Of a stretch of DNA of 50,489 nucleotides, positions 20,335 to 29,963 are shown piece by piece. Location of the stretch: positions 1 to 50,489 of the forward strand of contig CAXXHI010000003.1 of assembly GCA_963692865.2 (NCBI GenBank). The letters run 5' to 3'. The number at the start of each line of letters is the position of its first letter. Within the stretch, counting starts at the first letter, position 1. Source of the stretch: a bacterium. GTDB taxonomy: Bacteria; UBA8248. The notes beneath the pieces were generated by a model. It was given only the letters and a program-made list of their open reading frames with translations, was not told the origin of the DNA and did not search any database. The position numbers were made by a program, and so were the translations under genes.

Positions 20335-21240
20335 TCACAACGATTTCAAGCGCGGGTCCAGCACGTTTCTCAGCCAGTCGCCCACCAGGTTCGCCCCCAG
20401 AACCGTCACCGTAATCGCCAGACCGGGCAGGGTGACGACCCACCAGGAGGTGTAGAGGTGCACCTTGCCGTCGCTGAGCAGGCCGCCCCAGGTGGGCGTG
20501 GGCGGCGGCACGCCGAGGCCCAGAAAGCTCAGCCCCGCCTCGATGATGATCATCCGCCCCAGATAGAGCGACGCGATGATGATGACGGGCGCCAGGACGT
20601 TCGGGAGAATGTGGCGGACGATGATGCGGAGATGGCTACCGCCGATGCTCCGCGCCGCCTGGACGAACTCCTGCTCGCGCAGCGTGAGCACCTCGCCGCG
20701 CACGACGCGGGCGTAGATGACCCAGATGCGCATCGACATCACGAGTATGAGCACGACGAGGCTCGGCCCGACGATGGCGATGGTCGCCAGCGCCAGCAGG
20801 ATGAACGGGAACGACAGCACCAGGTCCACGAGCCGCATGAGCAGAAAATCCACCTTTCCGCCGAAATAGCCCGCCACCAGCCCCACGCAGAGGCCGAAAC
20901 ATCCCGTGAGCAAAACGGCGAAAAACCCAACCAGCAGCGAAATGCGCGCGCCGTAGATGAGCCTGCTCAGAAAATCCCGCCCCAGATGATCCGTGCCGAG
21001 CAGATAGATTTGCCGGCCGTCCGACCACATGGGCGGCTTCAAGTTTCTGTCCAGCAGTTGCGCCTGGGGGTCCATGGGCGCGAGCAGCGGCGCGAAGACG
21101 GCCATCACCACCACGGATATCAGGATGATGCAGCCCAGGAGCGCCGATTTATCCTTCCAAAGCGACATCCATACCTTCGGGCGCTCGGGGAGTTCCTCGA
21201 TCTCCACGGAATCCTGAAACATGAGCGCTTGTTCTCTCAT
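20335..21240 (-). CDS. ABC peptide/nickel transporter permease (DppC/OppC-like)
   Basis: LGTDHLGRD..SRL.YGARISL, EAA loop, HILPN, SFLGLGV motifs; ATGA overlap with the upstream permease. Confidence 0.93.
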   Translation of the reverse strand: MREQALMFQDSVEIEELPERPKVWMSLWKDKSALLGCIILISVVVMAVFAPLLAPMDPQAQLLDRNLKPPMWSDGRQIYLLGTDHLGRDFLSRLIYGARISLLVGFFAVLLTGCFGLCVGLVAGYFGGKVDFLLMRLVDLVLSFPFILLALATIAIVGPSLVVLILVMSMRIWVIYARVVRGEVLTLREQEFVQAARSIGGSHLRIIVRHILPNVLAPVIIIASLYLGRMIIIEAGLSFLGLGVPPPTPTWGGLLSDGKVHLYTSWWVVTLPGLAITVTVLGANLVGDWLRNVLDPRLKSL

Positions 21241-22154
21241 TCGTACGTAATCCGCGGATCGAGATAGGCGTAGACGAGGTCCACCGCCAGATTGATGAGC
21301 ACGAACCCCGACGCCAGAAGAAACACGGCGGACTGGACGATCGGGAAGTCGCGGTTCGCGATTGAATCGACCACCAGCCGCCCGACTCCAGGCCAGGCGA
21401 AAACGACCTCGATGATCACGGTTCCGCCGAGGAGAATGCCCAAATCCAGACCCATGACGGTCACGATGGGGATCGAGGAGTTCTTCAGTGCATGAACCAT
21501 GAGTACGATTTTTTCGCTCAGCCCCTTCGCCCGCGCCGTGGTGATGTAGTCCTGGCGCAGCACTTCGAGCATCTGGGAGCGCATGAGCCTCGCGAGCCGG
21601 GCGAGGTGATACGTGGAGGCGGCGAAAGCCGGCATGATGAAATGCTCCCATCCGCCGCGGCCGAAGGAGGGCAGAAGTCCCAGCGTCACGGAGAAGAACA
21701 TGATGAACATGATCGCCAGCCAGAAATCGGGGACCGCCTGCATCAGCACCGTAATGCCCACGCAGCCCTTGTCGTAGGACGAGCCTTCCTTGAAGGCCGC
21801 CAGACAGCCGAAGGGAATCCCGATGAGCACGGCGAAGGCAAAGGCCCCGACCGCCATCTCTATCGTCGCCGGAAAATGTTCCAGAACGAGCCCCATGGCC
21901 GATTCGCCGTGTTCGGTGGATTCCCCGAAATTCCCCTGGAGAGCGTTCGAGAAAAACCGCCCGTACTGTACGTGGAGCGGCTGGTCGAAGCCCATGAGTT
22001 TTCTCAAGTGCTCGATGTCTTCGTGGGTCGCATCGGTATCGAGCATCACCAGAACGGGGTCGCCCGTCATGTGGAGCAGGAGAAACACGATGATCATGAC
22101 GCACTTGAGGAGGACGATTGCCTGAATCAAGCGCTTGACGACATATCCGGCCAT
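21237..22154 (-). CDS. ABC peptide/nickel transporter permease (DppB/OppB-like)
   Basis: DYITTARAKGL, IEVVFAWPGVG, RDFPIVQ, DPRI motifs. Confidence 0.95.
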   Translation of the reverse strand: MAGYVVKRLIQAIVLLKCVMIIVFLLLHMTGDPVLVMLDTDATHEDIEHLRKLMGFDQPLHVQYGRFFSNALQGNFGESTEHGESAMGLVLEHFPATIEMAVGAFAFAVLIGIPFGCLAAFKEGSSYDKGCVGITVLMQAVPDFWLAIMFIMFFSVTLGLLPSFGRGGWEHFIMPAFAASTYHLARLARLMRSQMLEVLRQDYITTARAKGLSEKIVLMVHALKNSSIPIVTVMGLDLGILLGGTVIIEVVFAWPGVGRLVVDSIANRDFPIVQSAVFLLASGFVLINLAVDLVYAYLDPRITYE

Positions 22155-22333
22155 AAAACCACCCAGCGACTAGGAACTGTCTTGTTTCAATACGAGGACG
22201 ACATTCGTCTATCCGCCGGAGGGTCGCGCCCGGCGAAAACCACCCTCCGGCAGGCGGCTTGCGAACGCCTCCGGCCGGGGCGGGTTCATGCCCGCGCCCG
22301 ACCGGAGCTTCGCCTCGAACCAAAGATTTGTAT

Positions 22334-23848
22334 CTACTTCAAGCCGACCTCGGCGGCTATCAGTTTTCCGTCGGCGCGCGGTTTCCAGTCTATCTTCTTG
22401 TTTGCGCCGAAGATGCGGAAAGTCTGATACAGCGGAACGATCGGCACCTTCTCGTGACGCAGAACGCGGGCGATTTCCTGGTATTTCTTCTCCCGCGCCT
22501 TGTTATCCAGCGTCGAGCGCGCGTCGTTGATCATCGCGTCCACGGCCTTGTCGCGGAATCCGCCGTAGGCCGAGCGGCTGCTGATAGCGCCGGCGAACAT
22601 GTGCTCTGCGCTGAAGGCCGTGTTCATCCGCGCCAGATAGTACAGGAACGGTTTTACGTTCTTCTTGTACTTGCCGAAGATGATCTTCTTCATCGCGCCC
22701 CATTCCATCACGCGGACGTTCGCCTTGAGGCCGACCTTCGCCCACTGGCCGGCGATGCCCTCGAGCGCTTCCTTGCCCATCATGAAGCGTCCGCGGGGGA
22801 TGTACACGTCGAAGGAGAATCCCTTCGCGAATCCGGCCTCGGCGAGCAGCTTCTTCGCCTGGGCGGGGTCGTAGGGATAGGGTTTGAGTTCGGGATTGAA
22901 GCCGAAGCTCGCGGGGCCCTGAATGATCGCCACCGATTTGGCGAAGCCCATCATCACGTTCTTGGTGATGGCCTCGCGGTTGATCGCCAGGTTCATCGCC
23001 CTGCGGACGCGCACGTCCATCCAGGGCGCGCCCTCTTTGATCACCATCAGGATGTAGTTGGTGCGCGGCGACTGCTTGGCGATGACGTCCGTTTTGCCGC
23101 TTGCCCGGACGCGGTCGCTCAAGGCCGGAGGCAGGTTGTCGATCACGTCCACGTCGCCGGAGATGAGTGCTGAGACGCGCGTGGTGGACTCGGGGATGAA
23201 CTTCACCACCGCCGTCTTCACCTTCGATTTTCTCCAGGCGTTGGGGTTCGCTTCGTAGATGACCTCCTGGCCCTTGCGCCATTTCTTCATCACGAAGGGC
23301 CCGCTGCCCACCGGGTTGCGGGAGAGATGTTTCTTGTCGTGTTTCTTGTAATACTCGGGCGGCACGATGAAGCCGTAGATCGCCAGAAACGGCGGGAGCA
23401 TGGGGTCTGGTTTTTTCGTGTGAATCCGGACCGTGTGCTCATCGACCACTTCCAGCTTCGCCATGCTCTTGAAGTAGCGGTACTGCCTCGATTTCATCTT
23501 GGGGTCGAGAATCCGCTCGAAGCTGAACTTGACGGCAGCCGCGTTCACGGGATCGCCGTTGCTGAACTTGACCCCCTTCCTGAGCTTGAACTCCCACACC
23601 TTGGGGCTCACCATCTTGTAGCTTTCGGCGAGCTGGTGCGTCATGGAGCCGTCGGGAGCGCGCGCGAGCAGCGTCTCGAAGACGTTCGGGTGGTGCATCG
23701 AAATCGGCAGGGAACTGAAGGTGTGGGGGTCGAACGTCGTCAGTGCGCCGGCCATCCCCAGCACCACCTTCCCCTTGGGCGCCGCTTTCGCTCCCGCGGG
23801 AAGCAGCAACAGCGACAGTACGACCATCCAAAGCCAAAGCCTCTTCAT
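22334..23848 (-). CDS. ABC transporter substrate-binding protein, family 5
   Basis: Signal peptide after a GAGGA RBS; F.LRKGVKFSNG, PVGSGPF, D.RVRRA.N.AI.R, YDPA.AK.LL.EAG motifs. Confidence 0.95.
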   Translation of the reverse strand: MKRLWLWMVVLSLLLLPAGAKAAPKGKVVLGMAGALTTFDPHTFSSLPISMHHPNVFETLLARAPDGSMTHQLAESYKMVSPKVWEFKLRKGVKFSNGDPVNAAAVKFSFERILDPKMKSRQYRYFKSMAKLEVVDEHTVRIHTKKPDPMLPPFLAIYGFIVPPEYYKKHDKKHLSRNPVGSGPFVMKKWRKGQEVIYEANPNAWRKSKVKTAVVKFIPESTTRVSALISGDVDVIDNLPPALSDRVRASGKTDVIAKQSPRTNYILMVIKEGAPWMDVRVRRAMNLAINREAITKNVMMGFAKSVAIIQGPASFGFNPELKPYPYDPAQAKKLLAEAGFAKGFSFDVYIPRGRFMMGKEALEGIAGQWAKVGLKANVRVMEWGAMKKIIFGKYKKNVKPFLYYLARMNTAFSAEHMFAGAISSRSAYGGFRDKAVDAMINDARSTLDNKAREKKYQEIARVLRHEKVPIVPLYQTFRIFGANKKIDWKPRADGKLIAAEVGLK

Positions 23849-23886
23849 CTCGTGTTCCTCCTTTTGGGTAAGAATCAACCAAGCCG

Positions 23887-25029
23887 TCAGAGACAAACCA
23901 GTTCGTCGGTGCTCGTGTTCAGCGGTTCGTAACCATCGTCCGTGACCAGATAGGTTTCACCCCAGAAAATTTGGCGGTTGGGGCCCAGGTTGAACATGGG
24001 GTGCGTCGTCACCACCATGCCCGGCTGCAGCTCTCCCTCCGAGAGCGGCGTGATCATGTAATCGGTAAGGTCCAGGCCCGTCAGATGCACCAGGCCGTAA
24101 GGCCACACCTCGTAGCCGTGTTTTTCGAAAACGTCGTTCATCGCCGTGACCATGGCGACCATCGGTTCTCCCGGCTTCATGCGCTCCAGGGAGGCGTCGC
24201 GCGCCTCGCGCACCACCTGATGGGCGTCGATAAGCCACTTTTCCGCCTCGCCCAGCGCCAGGACCCGCACGATCTGGTTCCAGTATCCACGAACGCGCGG
24301 GGAGATTTCCAGCAGCACGGCGTCACCCTGCCTGATGGGCCTGTCCGTCTGGGGGATGACGTAGCCCCAGGGCGCTTCGCCGCCGTTCGCCATACTCGCG
24401 AGGCCCATCATGTTGAAGTTCTCCGTCCCGCCCTCGGGGATGATCACCCGATCCATCTCGGCGCGCATGTCGAGTTCCGTCACCCCTTCGCGAATGAAGC
24501 CGCACAGGTGATTCCACACCTTATCACCGAGCCGGGCCGCGTGGCGCGACATTTCCACTTCTTCCTCACTTTGCACGAGGCGCAGCTTCCAGACGAGTTC
24601 GCCCGCTTCCACCCATTCTTTCGCGTTCACCTGATCCAGAAGCTGCTGGTGCCAGGCCACGGGGATGATGGCGAGCGAGGAGATTCCGATTCTGGAGTTC
24701 GAGGAGGTGATTTCGTTCAGGTAGTTGCACGCCTGTTTCGGGACGGGGGTGAGCGCCTCGCAGCGCGTGTCGGCGATCCAGCCGTTTCGCAGGGATTCGA
24801 TTCTCTGATTCTCCACCCCCACGAACAGCACGGGTTCTCCCTCGCGCGGGAAGACCAGAATCTGCTGGCCGGAGAACGAGATGAAATTGCTGACGTAGGC
24901 CAGATTGCCCGTACGCGGCCCCTGGCGTCCGCTGTTGCCGTAGACGACGAGAACGTCCAGGCCCTCGCGCTCCATTTCCGCCCTGAGATTCGCGTGGCGG
25001 CGGTCACGCTCTTTGGTCGATAAACCCAA
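23887..25029 (-). CDS. M24-fold hydrolase with non-canonical metal site
   Basis: Creatinase_N plus M24 layout; ligand positions read E/Q/H/H/(G)E. Confidence 0.82.
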   Translation of the reverse strand: MGLSTKERDRRHANLRAEMEREGLDVLVVYGNSGRQGPRTGNLAYVSNFISFSGQQILVFPREGEPVLFVGVENQRIESLRNGWIADTRCEALTPVPKQACNYLNEITSSNSRIGISSLAIIPVAWHQQLLDQVNAKEWVEAGELVWKLRLVQSEEEVEMSRHAARLGDKVWNHLCGFIREGVTELDMRAEMDRVIIPEGGTENFNMMGLASMANGGEAPWGYVIPQTDRPIRQGDAVLLEISPRVRGYWNQIVRVLALGEAEKWLIDAHQVVREARDASLERMKPGEPMVAMVTAMNDVFEKHGYEVWPYGLVHLTGLDLTDYMITPLSEGELQPGMVVTTHPMFNLGPNRQIFWGETYLVTDDGYEPLNTSTDELVCL

Positions 25030-25056
25030 CTTTCCTCTCCTTCGCGTTGCGTACCG

Positions 25057-25824
25057 TTAAAAGATCACCTTACCGCCCGAGACGGCCATGTTCACGCCCG
25101 TCACGTAGGCGGCCTCTTCGCTGCAGAAAAACACCACGGCCCCCCCGACGTCCTCGGATCGCCCGAGGCGCTTCATCGGTATGGCGTCGATATACTCTCT
25201 TTGGTAGTCATCCGAGTGGAGGATGGGCCGCTCCGTTTCGGTGAGGCCCGGAGAGACCATGTTCACCGTGATGCCGTAAGGACCTGCCTCCACGGCCAGA
25301 TTTTGCGAGAAATAGAGCAGTGCGGACTTGACGGCCCCGTAGGAGTTCGTGCGCGCGCGCTTCTCGCCCAGCACGGTGGACAAGACGTTGACGATGCGGC
25401 CCCAGCCCCGCTCCCGCATGCCCGGCAGCGCCGCCTGACAGCAGTGAAAAGCGCCCCTGAGCATCACTTGAATCTGCGGTTCGTAATCCTCCTCCCAACT
25501 CATCTCCATAAAGGCTCTGCCCTTCACCAATTGGCGCGCGTTGTTGACGAGAATGTCGACGCCGCCCATGCGCTTCCCGCATTCTTCGAACATGCGCGCC
25601 ACGTCGTCCTGGCGGCTCACATCGGCCTGAACGCCGAACGCGCCGCCGCCTGCTTCCCGAATCGCGTTGGCCGTTTCGTGCGCCGCCGCCTCGCCCGCGT
25701 GGTAGTGCACGGCGACCGTTGCGCCCTCTTTCGCCAGTGCGTGGGCGATGGCTTTGCCGATGCCGCGCGTAGCGCCGGTGACGAGCGCGGCGCGTCCTTC
25801 GAGCCTCATGCGGAACTCATCCAA
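25057..25824 (-). CDS. Short-chain dehydrogenase/reductase
   Basis: TGATRGIG, VNNA, YGAVK, VSPG motifs. Confidence 0.93.
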   Translation of the reverse strand: MDEFRMRLEGRAALVTGATRGIGKAIAHALAKEGATVAVHYHAGEAAAHETANAIREAGGGAFGVQADVSRQDDVARMFEECGKRMGGVDILVNNARQLVKGRAFMEMSWEEDYEPQIQVMLRGAFHCCQAALPGMRERGWGRIVNVLSTVLGEKRARTNSYGAVKSALLYFSQNLAVEAGPYGITVNMVSPGLTETERPILHSDDYQREYIDAIPMKRLGRSEDVGGAVVFFCSEEAAYVTGVNMAVSGGKVIF

Positions 25825-25914
25825 TTCGTGAGCGAAAAATCATGTATTCCCGATGCCGGTGAAAACAATTCCCGTCCCTGGCGACTTGTATGAAACGAGC
25901 AATTAAGTCTTGAA

Positions 25915-25940
25915 TAATGGTATTGTATTTAATACCATTA
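25915..25940. promoter_or_regulatory. Palindromic operator candidate in the divergent promoter
   Basis: Perfect TAATGGTATT-N6-AATACCATTA in an AT-rich gap between the SDR and GntR genes. Confidence 0.65.
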
Positions 25941-26045
25941 AGGTTCGCAAGCGTTAATTTCGCAAAGAGGGCCATTTCCAACGAAGTTGCGATATGTGAA
26001 ACTTCCGTCTTGCCCCAGACTCGAAACCCGTCGATATTCGAGGAG

Positions 26046-26807
26046 ATGGAAAGCGAGGGAAAAATGTTGGAGCTGAGCGCTGAAAAACCGTTTTCGAACG
26101 AATTCATCCCCTATTACTACCAGATCGCGAATCTCCTGCGCGGCAAAATCGAAAGCGGAGAACTCTTCGCGGGCATGAAGCTCCCGAAGGAACTGGATCT
26201 TTCCAAGCACTTCGGCGTCAGCCGGGTCACACTGCGGCAAGCCCTCGCCATACTGGAGAAAGAAGGTCTCGTGACGCGCGAGCGCCGCAAGGGCACGTTC
26301 GTGAACCACGGGGGCGTGAAATCCAAAATGATTCCACTCACCGGCGTCGTATGGGAGGAGGACGCGGGCGGGGAGAACATGCGGGTCATATCGACGGAGG
26401 AGGTAGACGCATCGGCCATGCTCAAGAAATTCTTCGGCCTGGACGACGGGGAGAAGTTGAGCAGGGTCGAGCGTTTGAGGATGGTGGAGGAAACGCCCCT
26501 TTGCTACGTGATGAACTATTTGCCCCGAGAGCTCGCGAAGGACATCCCGCAAGAAGACATCCGCACCCGCAGCATGCTCCACATCCTGAAGAGTCGGCTG
26601 AATATCCCGCTGGGCAAGATTCAGCAGACGTTCGAGGCGCGCATCGCCGAGAGCGACGTCGCGGCCCATCTTTCCATCGGCGTTCTGGCGCCGGTTTTGT
26701 ATGTGGAAACCTTCGTGCGCAGCAAAAGCGGGGAACCCGTCGAATTCTCTCAAATCTATTACCGCGGAGATCAGCACCGGTACAGAGTGGAACTCGTGAG
26801 CGAGTAG
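26046..26807 (+). CDS. GntR family (HutC/UTRA) transcriptional regulator
   Basis: P.Y.QIA, LP.E..L...FGVSR.T.RQAL, GTFV motifs and a C-terminal UTRA region; start is 26046 or 26064. Confidence 0.93.
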   Translation: MESEGKMLELSAEKPFSNEFIPYYYQIANLLRGKIESGELFAGMKLPKELDLSKHFGVSRVTLRQALAILEKEGLVTRERRKGTFVNHGGVKSKMIPLTGVVWEEDAGGENMRVISTEEVDASAMLKKFFGLDDGEKLSRVERLRMVEETPLCYVMNYLPRELAKDIPQEDIRTRSMLHILKSRLNIPLGKIQQTFEARIAESDVAAHLSIGVLAPVLYVETFVRSKSGEPVEFSQIYYRGDQHRYRVELVSE

Positions 26808-26864
26808 TCCCTCGCGTCTCGTGCTGCGCGCTTTTCCAAACTATCGCTGGATGGGAGGGGCAAG

Positions 26865-27776
26865 ATGCCCAAAAAGAAGAGTACGAAAAGAACCATCGGC
26901 TTCATCGGCCTGGGCCTCATGGGCCAGGCGTTTTCCAGGAATCTCATCGCAGACGGCCATCCCCTCGTCGGAACCGACGTGCTGTCGGGGGCGATGCGCA
27001 AGTTCAGGCGCCTGGGGGGAGAAGCCCTGGAATCGCCCCGCGCCGTGGCCGAAGCGGCGGATATCGTGTTCATCTCGGTTCCCAATTCGAAGATATCCCT
27101 TCAGACCGCGCGTGGGAAAAACGGCTATCTGGCCTGTGCGCCCGAATCCGCGCCGGAGGTCGTGCTCGACACGACGACTTCGGATCCGGAAGACTCGAAA
27201 AAACACGCCGAACTTTGCCGGAAGAAGGGAATACCCTATCTGGACGCCAGCGTGAGCGGCAACAGCGACCACGTGGCGAATCGGGAAGGCTTGTTTCTCG
27301 TGGGCGGGAACAGGAAAGCCTACGAGAAAGTGGCGCCGCTTTTGGAGACGATGCTCTCCGATCAGGTTTACTGCGGGCCGTCGGGCTCCGGCGCCGCGAT
27401 GAAAGTGGTCGTGAACTACATGACCTCCATGGGACGCTGCGTCATCGCCGAAGGCTTAAGGCTGGGGATGCGCAGCGGATTCGGGAAGGATTTTTTGTTC
27501 GACACGCTCAAGAGAAGCCGCGCGGGCGACTCGAGCGGCTTCCATGGTCACGGCGGCATCATGGTGCGGGGCCGCTTTCGCCGTCCCCGGAGCACCTTGA
27601 ACGTCATCCGCAAGGACATCGGGCTCGGCCTCAGGCTGGCCAGGAGGCACGGCGCCGTGACGCCCGTGGGCAACGCATGCGCGCCGCTGTACAGGGAAGG
27701 CGCGCGCGCAGGCAATGGAGAGTTGGACAGCGCGGCCGTGTATCTCTCCTATCTGGATCGGGAGAACAAAAAATAG
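26865..27776 (+). CDS. Beta-hydroxyacid dehydrogenase (3-hydroxyisobutyrate dehydrogenase family)
   Basis: IGFIGLGLMG, LDASVSG, G.GAAMKVVVN motifs. Confidence 0.9.
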   Translation: MPKKKSTKRTIGFIGLGLMGQAFSRNLIADGHPLVGTDVLSGAMRKFRRLGGEALESPRAVAEAADIVFISVPNSKISLQTARGKNGYLACAPESAPEVVLDTTTSDPEDSKKHAELCRKKGIPYLDASVSGNSDHVANREGLFLVGGNRKAYEKVAPLLETMLSDQVYCGPSGSGAAMKVVVNYMTSMGRCVIAEGLRLGMRSGFGKDFLFDTLKRSRAGDSSGFHGHGGIMVRGRFRRPRSTLNVIRKDIGLGLRLARRHGAVTPVGNACAPLYREGARAGNGELDSAAVYLSYLDRENKK

Positions 27777-27853
27777 AACGGCTCGACCGGGCGTTCTCGA
27801 CAGGTGAACGGAGCGCGCCCGCGAGCGGGTCGTCGTCGCTGCGCCCTTTCTGA

Positions 27854-28909
27854 ATGGATGAGGGGCGAGGCGCGGTATTTCAACAACGGGGGTGGCCGTT
27901 GCCGGGTGAAGCGCACGATTCAGCGGATAAAGAATCCACGCTCGTCGTGGTGGGCGACATGGAGGTCGACCGCCCGGAGCCCCGGAACACTTTCTCGAAG
28001 GTCGCCTCGTATCTGAAAGCGGCCGATCTGCGCTTCGGCGGCCTGGAAGCCTCGATGTCCCACCTGGGCGCCCCGGCCAGCGGGAAGATCGTGATGCGCC
28101 ACAGCCCTGAGATGATTCAGGGCTATCTCGAAGGCGGCTTCGACGCCTTGGCGTTCGCCAGCAACCACTGCATGGATTACGGGGTCGAGCCGTTCGTCGA
28201 GACGATGGCGTTGCTCGAGCGAAACGGAATCGCATATTCGGGCGCGGGCCGGAACGTCCAGGAGGCGCGTACGCCCGCCGTCATCGAACGGGGGGGCGTG
28301 CGCTACGGGTTCTTGTCCTACGTGCTGGAACTCCCCCTGGGCTGGGGGGCGGGCCCAACGAAGCCGGGCGTCGCGCCCATCCGGCAGGATGCGCTCTATG
28401 GCCCTCCCTACGTCAACGAGGAGGATTTGGCGGCGATGATCGCCGACGTAGTGCGCGCGCGGCCGAGGGTCGATTTTCTTCTGGCCTCGTTCCACTGGGG
28501 CGCGAGCCAGAGCCGCACGCTCACGCTTTCCCAGCAGGCGTCGGCGCGCGCGGCTGTCGAGGCGGGGGTGGACGTCGTCGTCGGCCACCATCCCCACATC
28601 GTGCAGGGGGTCGAGGTGTATCGCGGCAGGCCCGTTTTCTACGCGCTCGGCAATTTCGTGCTCGATCACGACCACCCGATGTTCCTGCCCACCGCGCGCG
28701 AGTCGATTTGCCTGAAGTTGACCCTGAGAGGCGGAGCGCTCGCCCGGGCGGCGGTATCGCCCGTCTTGATCGAAGCGGACGGCAGCCCCCGGATTCCGGG
28801 GCCCGAGGAGCCGAAATCGGCGGAAATTCTGGGCAAACTCGTATCGCTCTCGGAAAAGCTGGGGACAAGGATCGAGGTTTCCGGGGGCGAGGGGGTGGTC
28901 GCGCTGTGA
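27854..28909 (+). CDS. CapA/PGA_cap family metallophosphoesterase
   Basis: VGD, A.NHCMDYG, FHWG, GHHPH.VQG.E, YALGNF motifs; start uncertain. Confidence 0.88.
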   Translation: MDEGRGAVFQQRGWPLPGEAHDSADKESTLVVVGDMEVDRPEPRNTFSKVASYLKAADLRFGGLEASMSHLGAPASGKIVMRHSPEMIQGYLEGGFDALAFASNHCMDYGVEPFVETMALLERNGIAYSGAGRNVQEARTPAVIERGGVRYGFLSYVLELPLGWGAGPTKPGVAPIRQDALYGPPYVNEEDLAAMIADVVRARPRVDFLLASFHWGASQSRTLTLSQQASARAAVEAGVDVVVGHHPHIVQGVEVYRGRPVFYALGNFVLDHDHPMFLPTARESICLKLTLRGGALARAAVSPVLIEADGSPRIPGPEEPKSAEILGKLVSLSEKLGTRIEVSGGEGVVAL

Positions 28910-28958
28910 ACAGCCGGATTGCTTCCCTCATCGAGCGGCGAACCGCGGGAAATCCATC

Positions 28959-29702
28959 ATGGAGCTGAAGGATAAGATTTTCGTCATCACGGGCGCGGCC
29001 CGCGGCATCGGCGCGGAAGCCGCGCGCCGCTTTTCGGGTATGGGCGGAAACGTGGCGGCCCTGGACGTGGAGGAAGACGGCCTGCGAAGCCTCGAAGCGG
29101 AATCGGGCGGCGAAATCTTGGGCGTGCGCGCGGACATCTCGAACCCGAAGGGCGTCGAGGACGCCTTCGACGCGGCGGCGGCGAGATTCGGCGGCGTGGA
29201 CGTTCTGATCAACTGCGCCGTCATCCGGGGGAACGGCCCCCTGGCGGAGGTCGAGGAAGCCACGATCGACCTGGCGCTGGCCGTGGGCCTCAAGGGCGGC
29301 ATCCTGTGCGCGAAGCGCGCGGCACAGGAGATGAAAAAACGCGGCGGCGGCGCCATCGTCAACATGTCGAGTTTCTACGCGCGCACGCCGGCGAAGGAGC
29401 GCGTGGTCTACGTCGCCGTGAAGGGGGGCGTCGAAGGTCTCACGCGCGCGCTGGCCGTCGAACTGGCGGATTCGAACATCCGCGTGAACGCCGTCGCGGC
29501 GGGGCCGGTGCTGACGAGGCTCAGGGAATCCCAGGGGGAGGGCGACCCCGAAAACCTGGCGGAGCGCTACCGCAAATCCCCCATGGGCAGGTTCGGCCGG
29601 GTCGATGAGGTGCTCGACGCCATCGAGTATCTGGTGACGCCCCGCTCGTCCTTCATGACGGGCCAGGTTCTGGTGCTCGACGGCGGTTTGACCATCGTGT
29701 GA
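28959..29702 (+). CDS. Short-chain dehydrogenase/reductase
   Basis: TGAARGIG, YVAVK, VLDGG motifs. Confidence 0.92.
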   Translation: MELKDKIFVITGAARGIGAEAARRFSGMGGNVAALDVEEDGLRSLEAESGGEILGVRADISNPKGVEDAFDAAAARFGGVDVLINCAVIRGNGPLAEVEEATIDLALAVGLKGGILCAKRAAQEMKKRGGGAIVNMSSFYARTPAKERVVYVAVKGGVEGLTRALAVELADSNIRVNAVAAGPVLTRLRESQGEGDPENLAERYRKSPMGRFGRVDEVLDAIEYLVTPRSSFMTGQVLVLDGGLTIV

Positions 29703-29714
29703 TGTTTTTGGAAG

Positions 29715-29811
29715 TGGCGGGAACGCGTGGGAGTCGAACCCACCGACGAAGTGATTAGCCCCGTCCACTGGATTTGAAGTCCAGGCGGCACACCGGCGCC
29801 GATGCGCTCCC
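29715..29811 (-). tRNA. selC: tRNA-Sec (anticodon UCA)
   Basis: Minus strand reads GGGAGCGC...CTGGACTTCAAATCCAG...GGTTCGACTCC...GCGTTCCC-G-CCA: 8-bp acceptor stem, long variable arm, TCA anticodon (29775-29777), encoded CCA, 97 nt. Confidence 0.96.
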
Positions 29812-29963
29812 ACCAGGAGAATACAACGGCGGGCGTGGCTGCGAAAGCGCCATTGGCATTTGGAGCGCCTCCAAGCCGCGAGGCGGGGGCCGCGCGGCTT
29901 GTACTGGGAGCAGGAACGTCCTAAAAGGGAGCGGAATTCATCGCCATCATAGGAGACAGGAGA

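Noticed and set aside
20335-22323. 662-aa fused permease
   Set aside because: The N-terminal 361 codons are an alternative frame over the DppB-like gene; the real start is 21240.
29715-29745. att duplication of the selC 3' end marking an island
   Set aside because: No second copy noticed in the window and no integrase.
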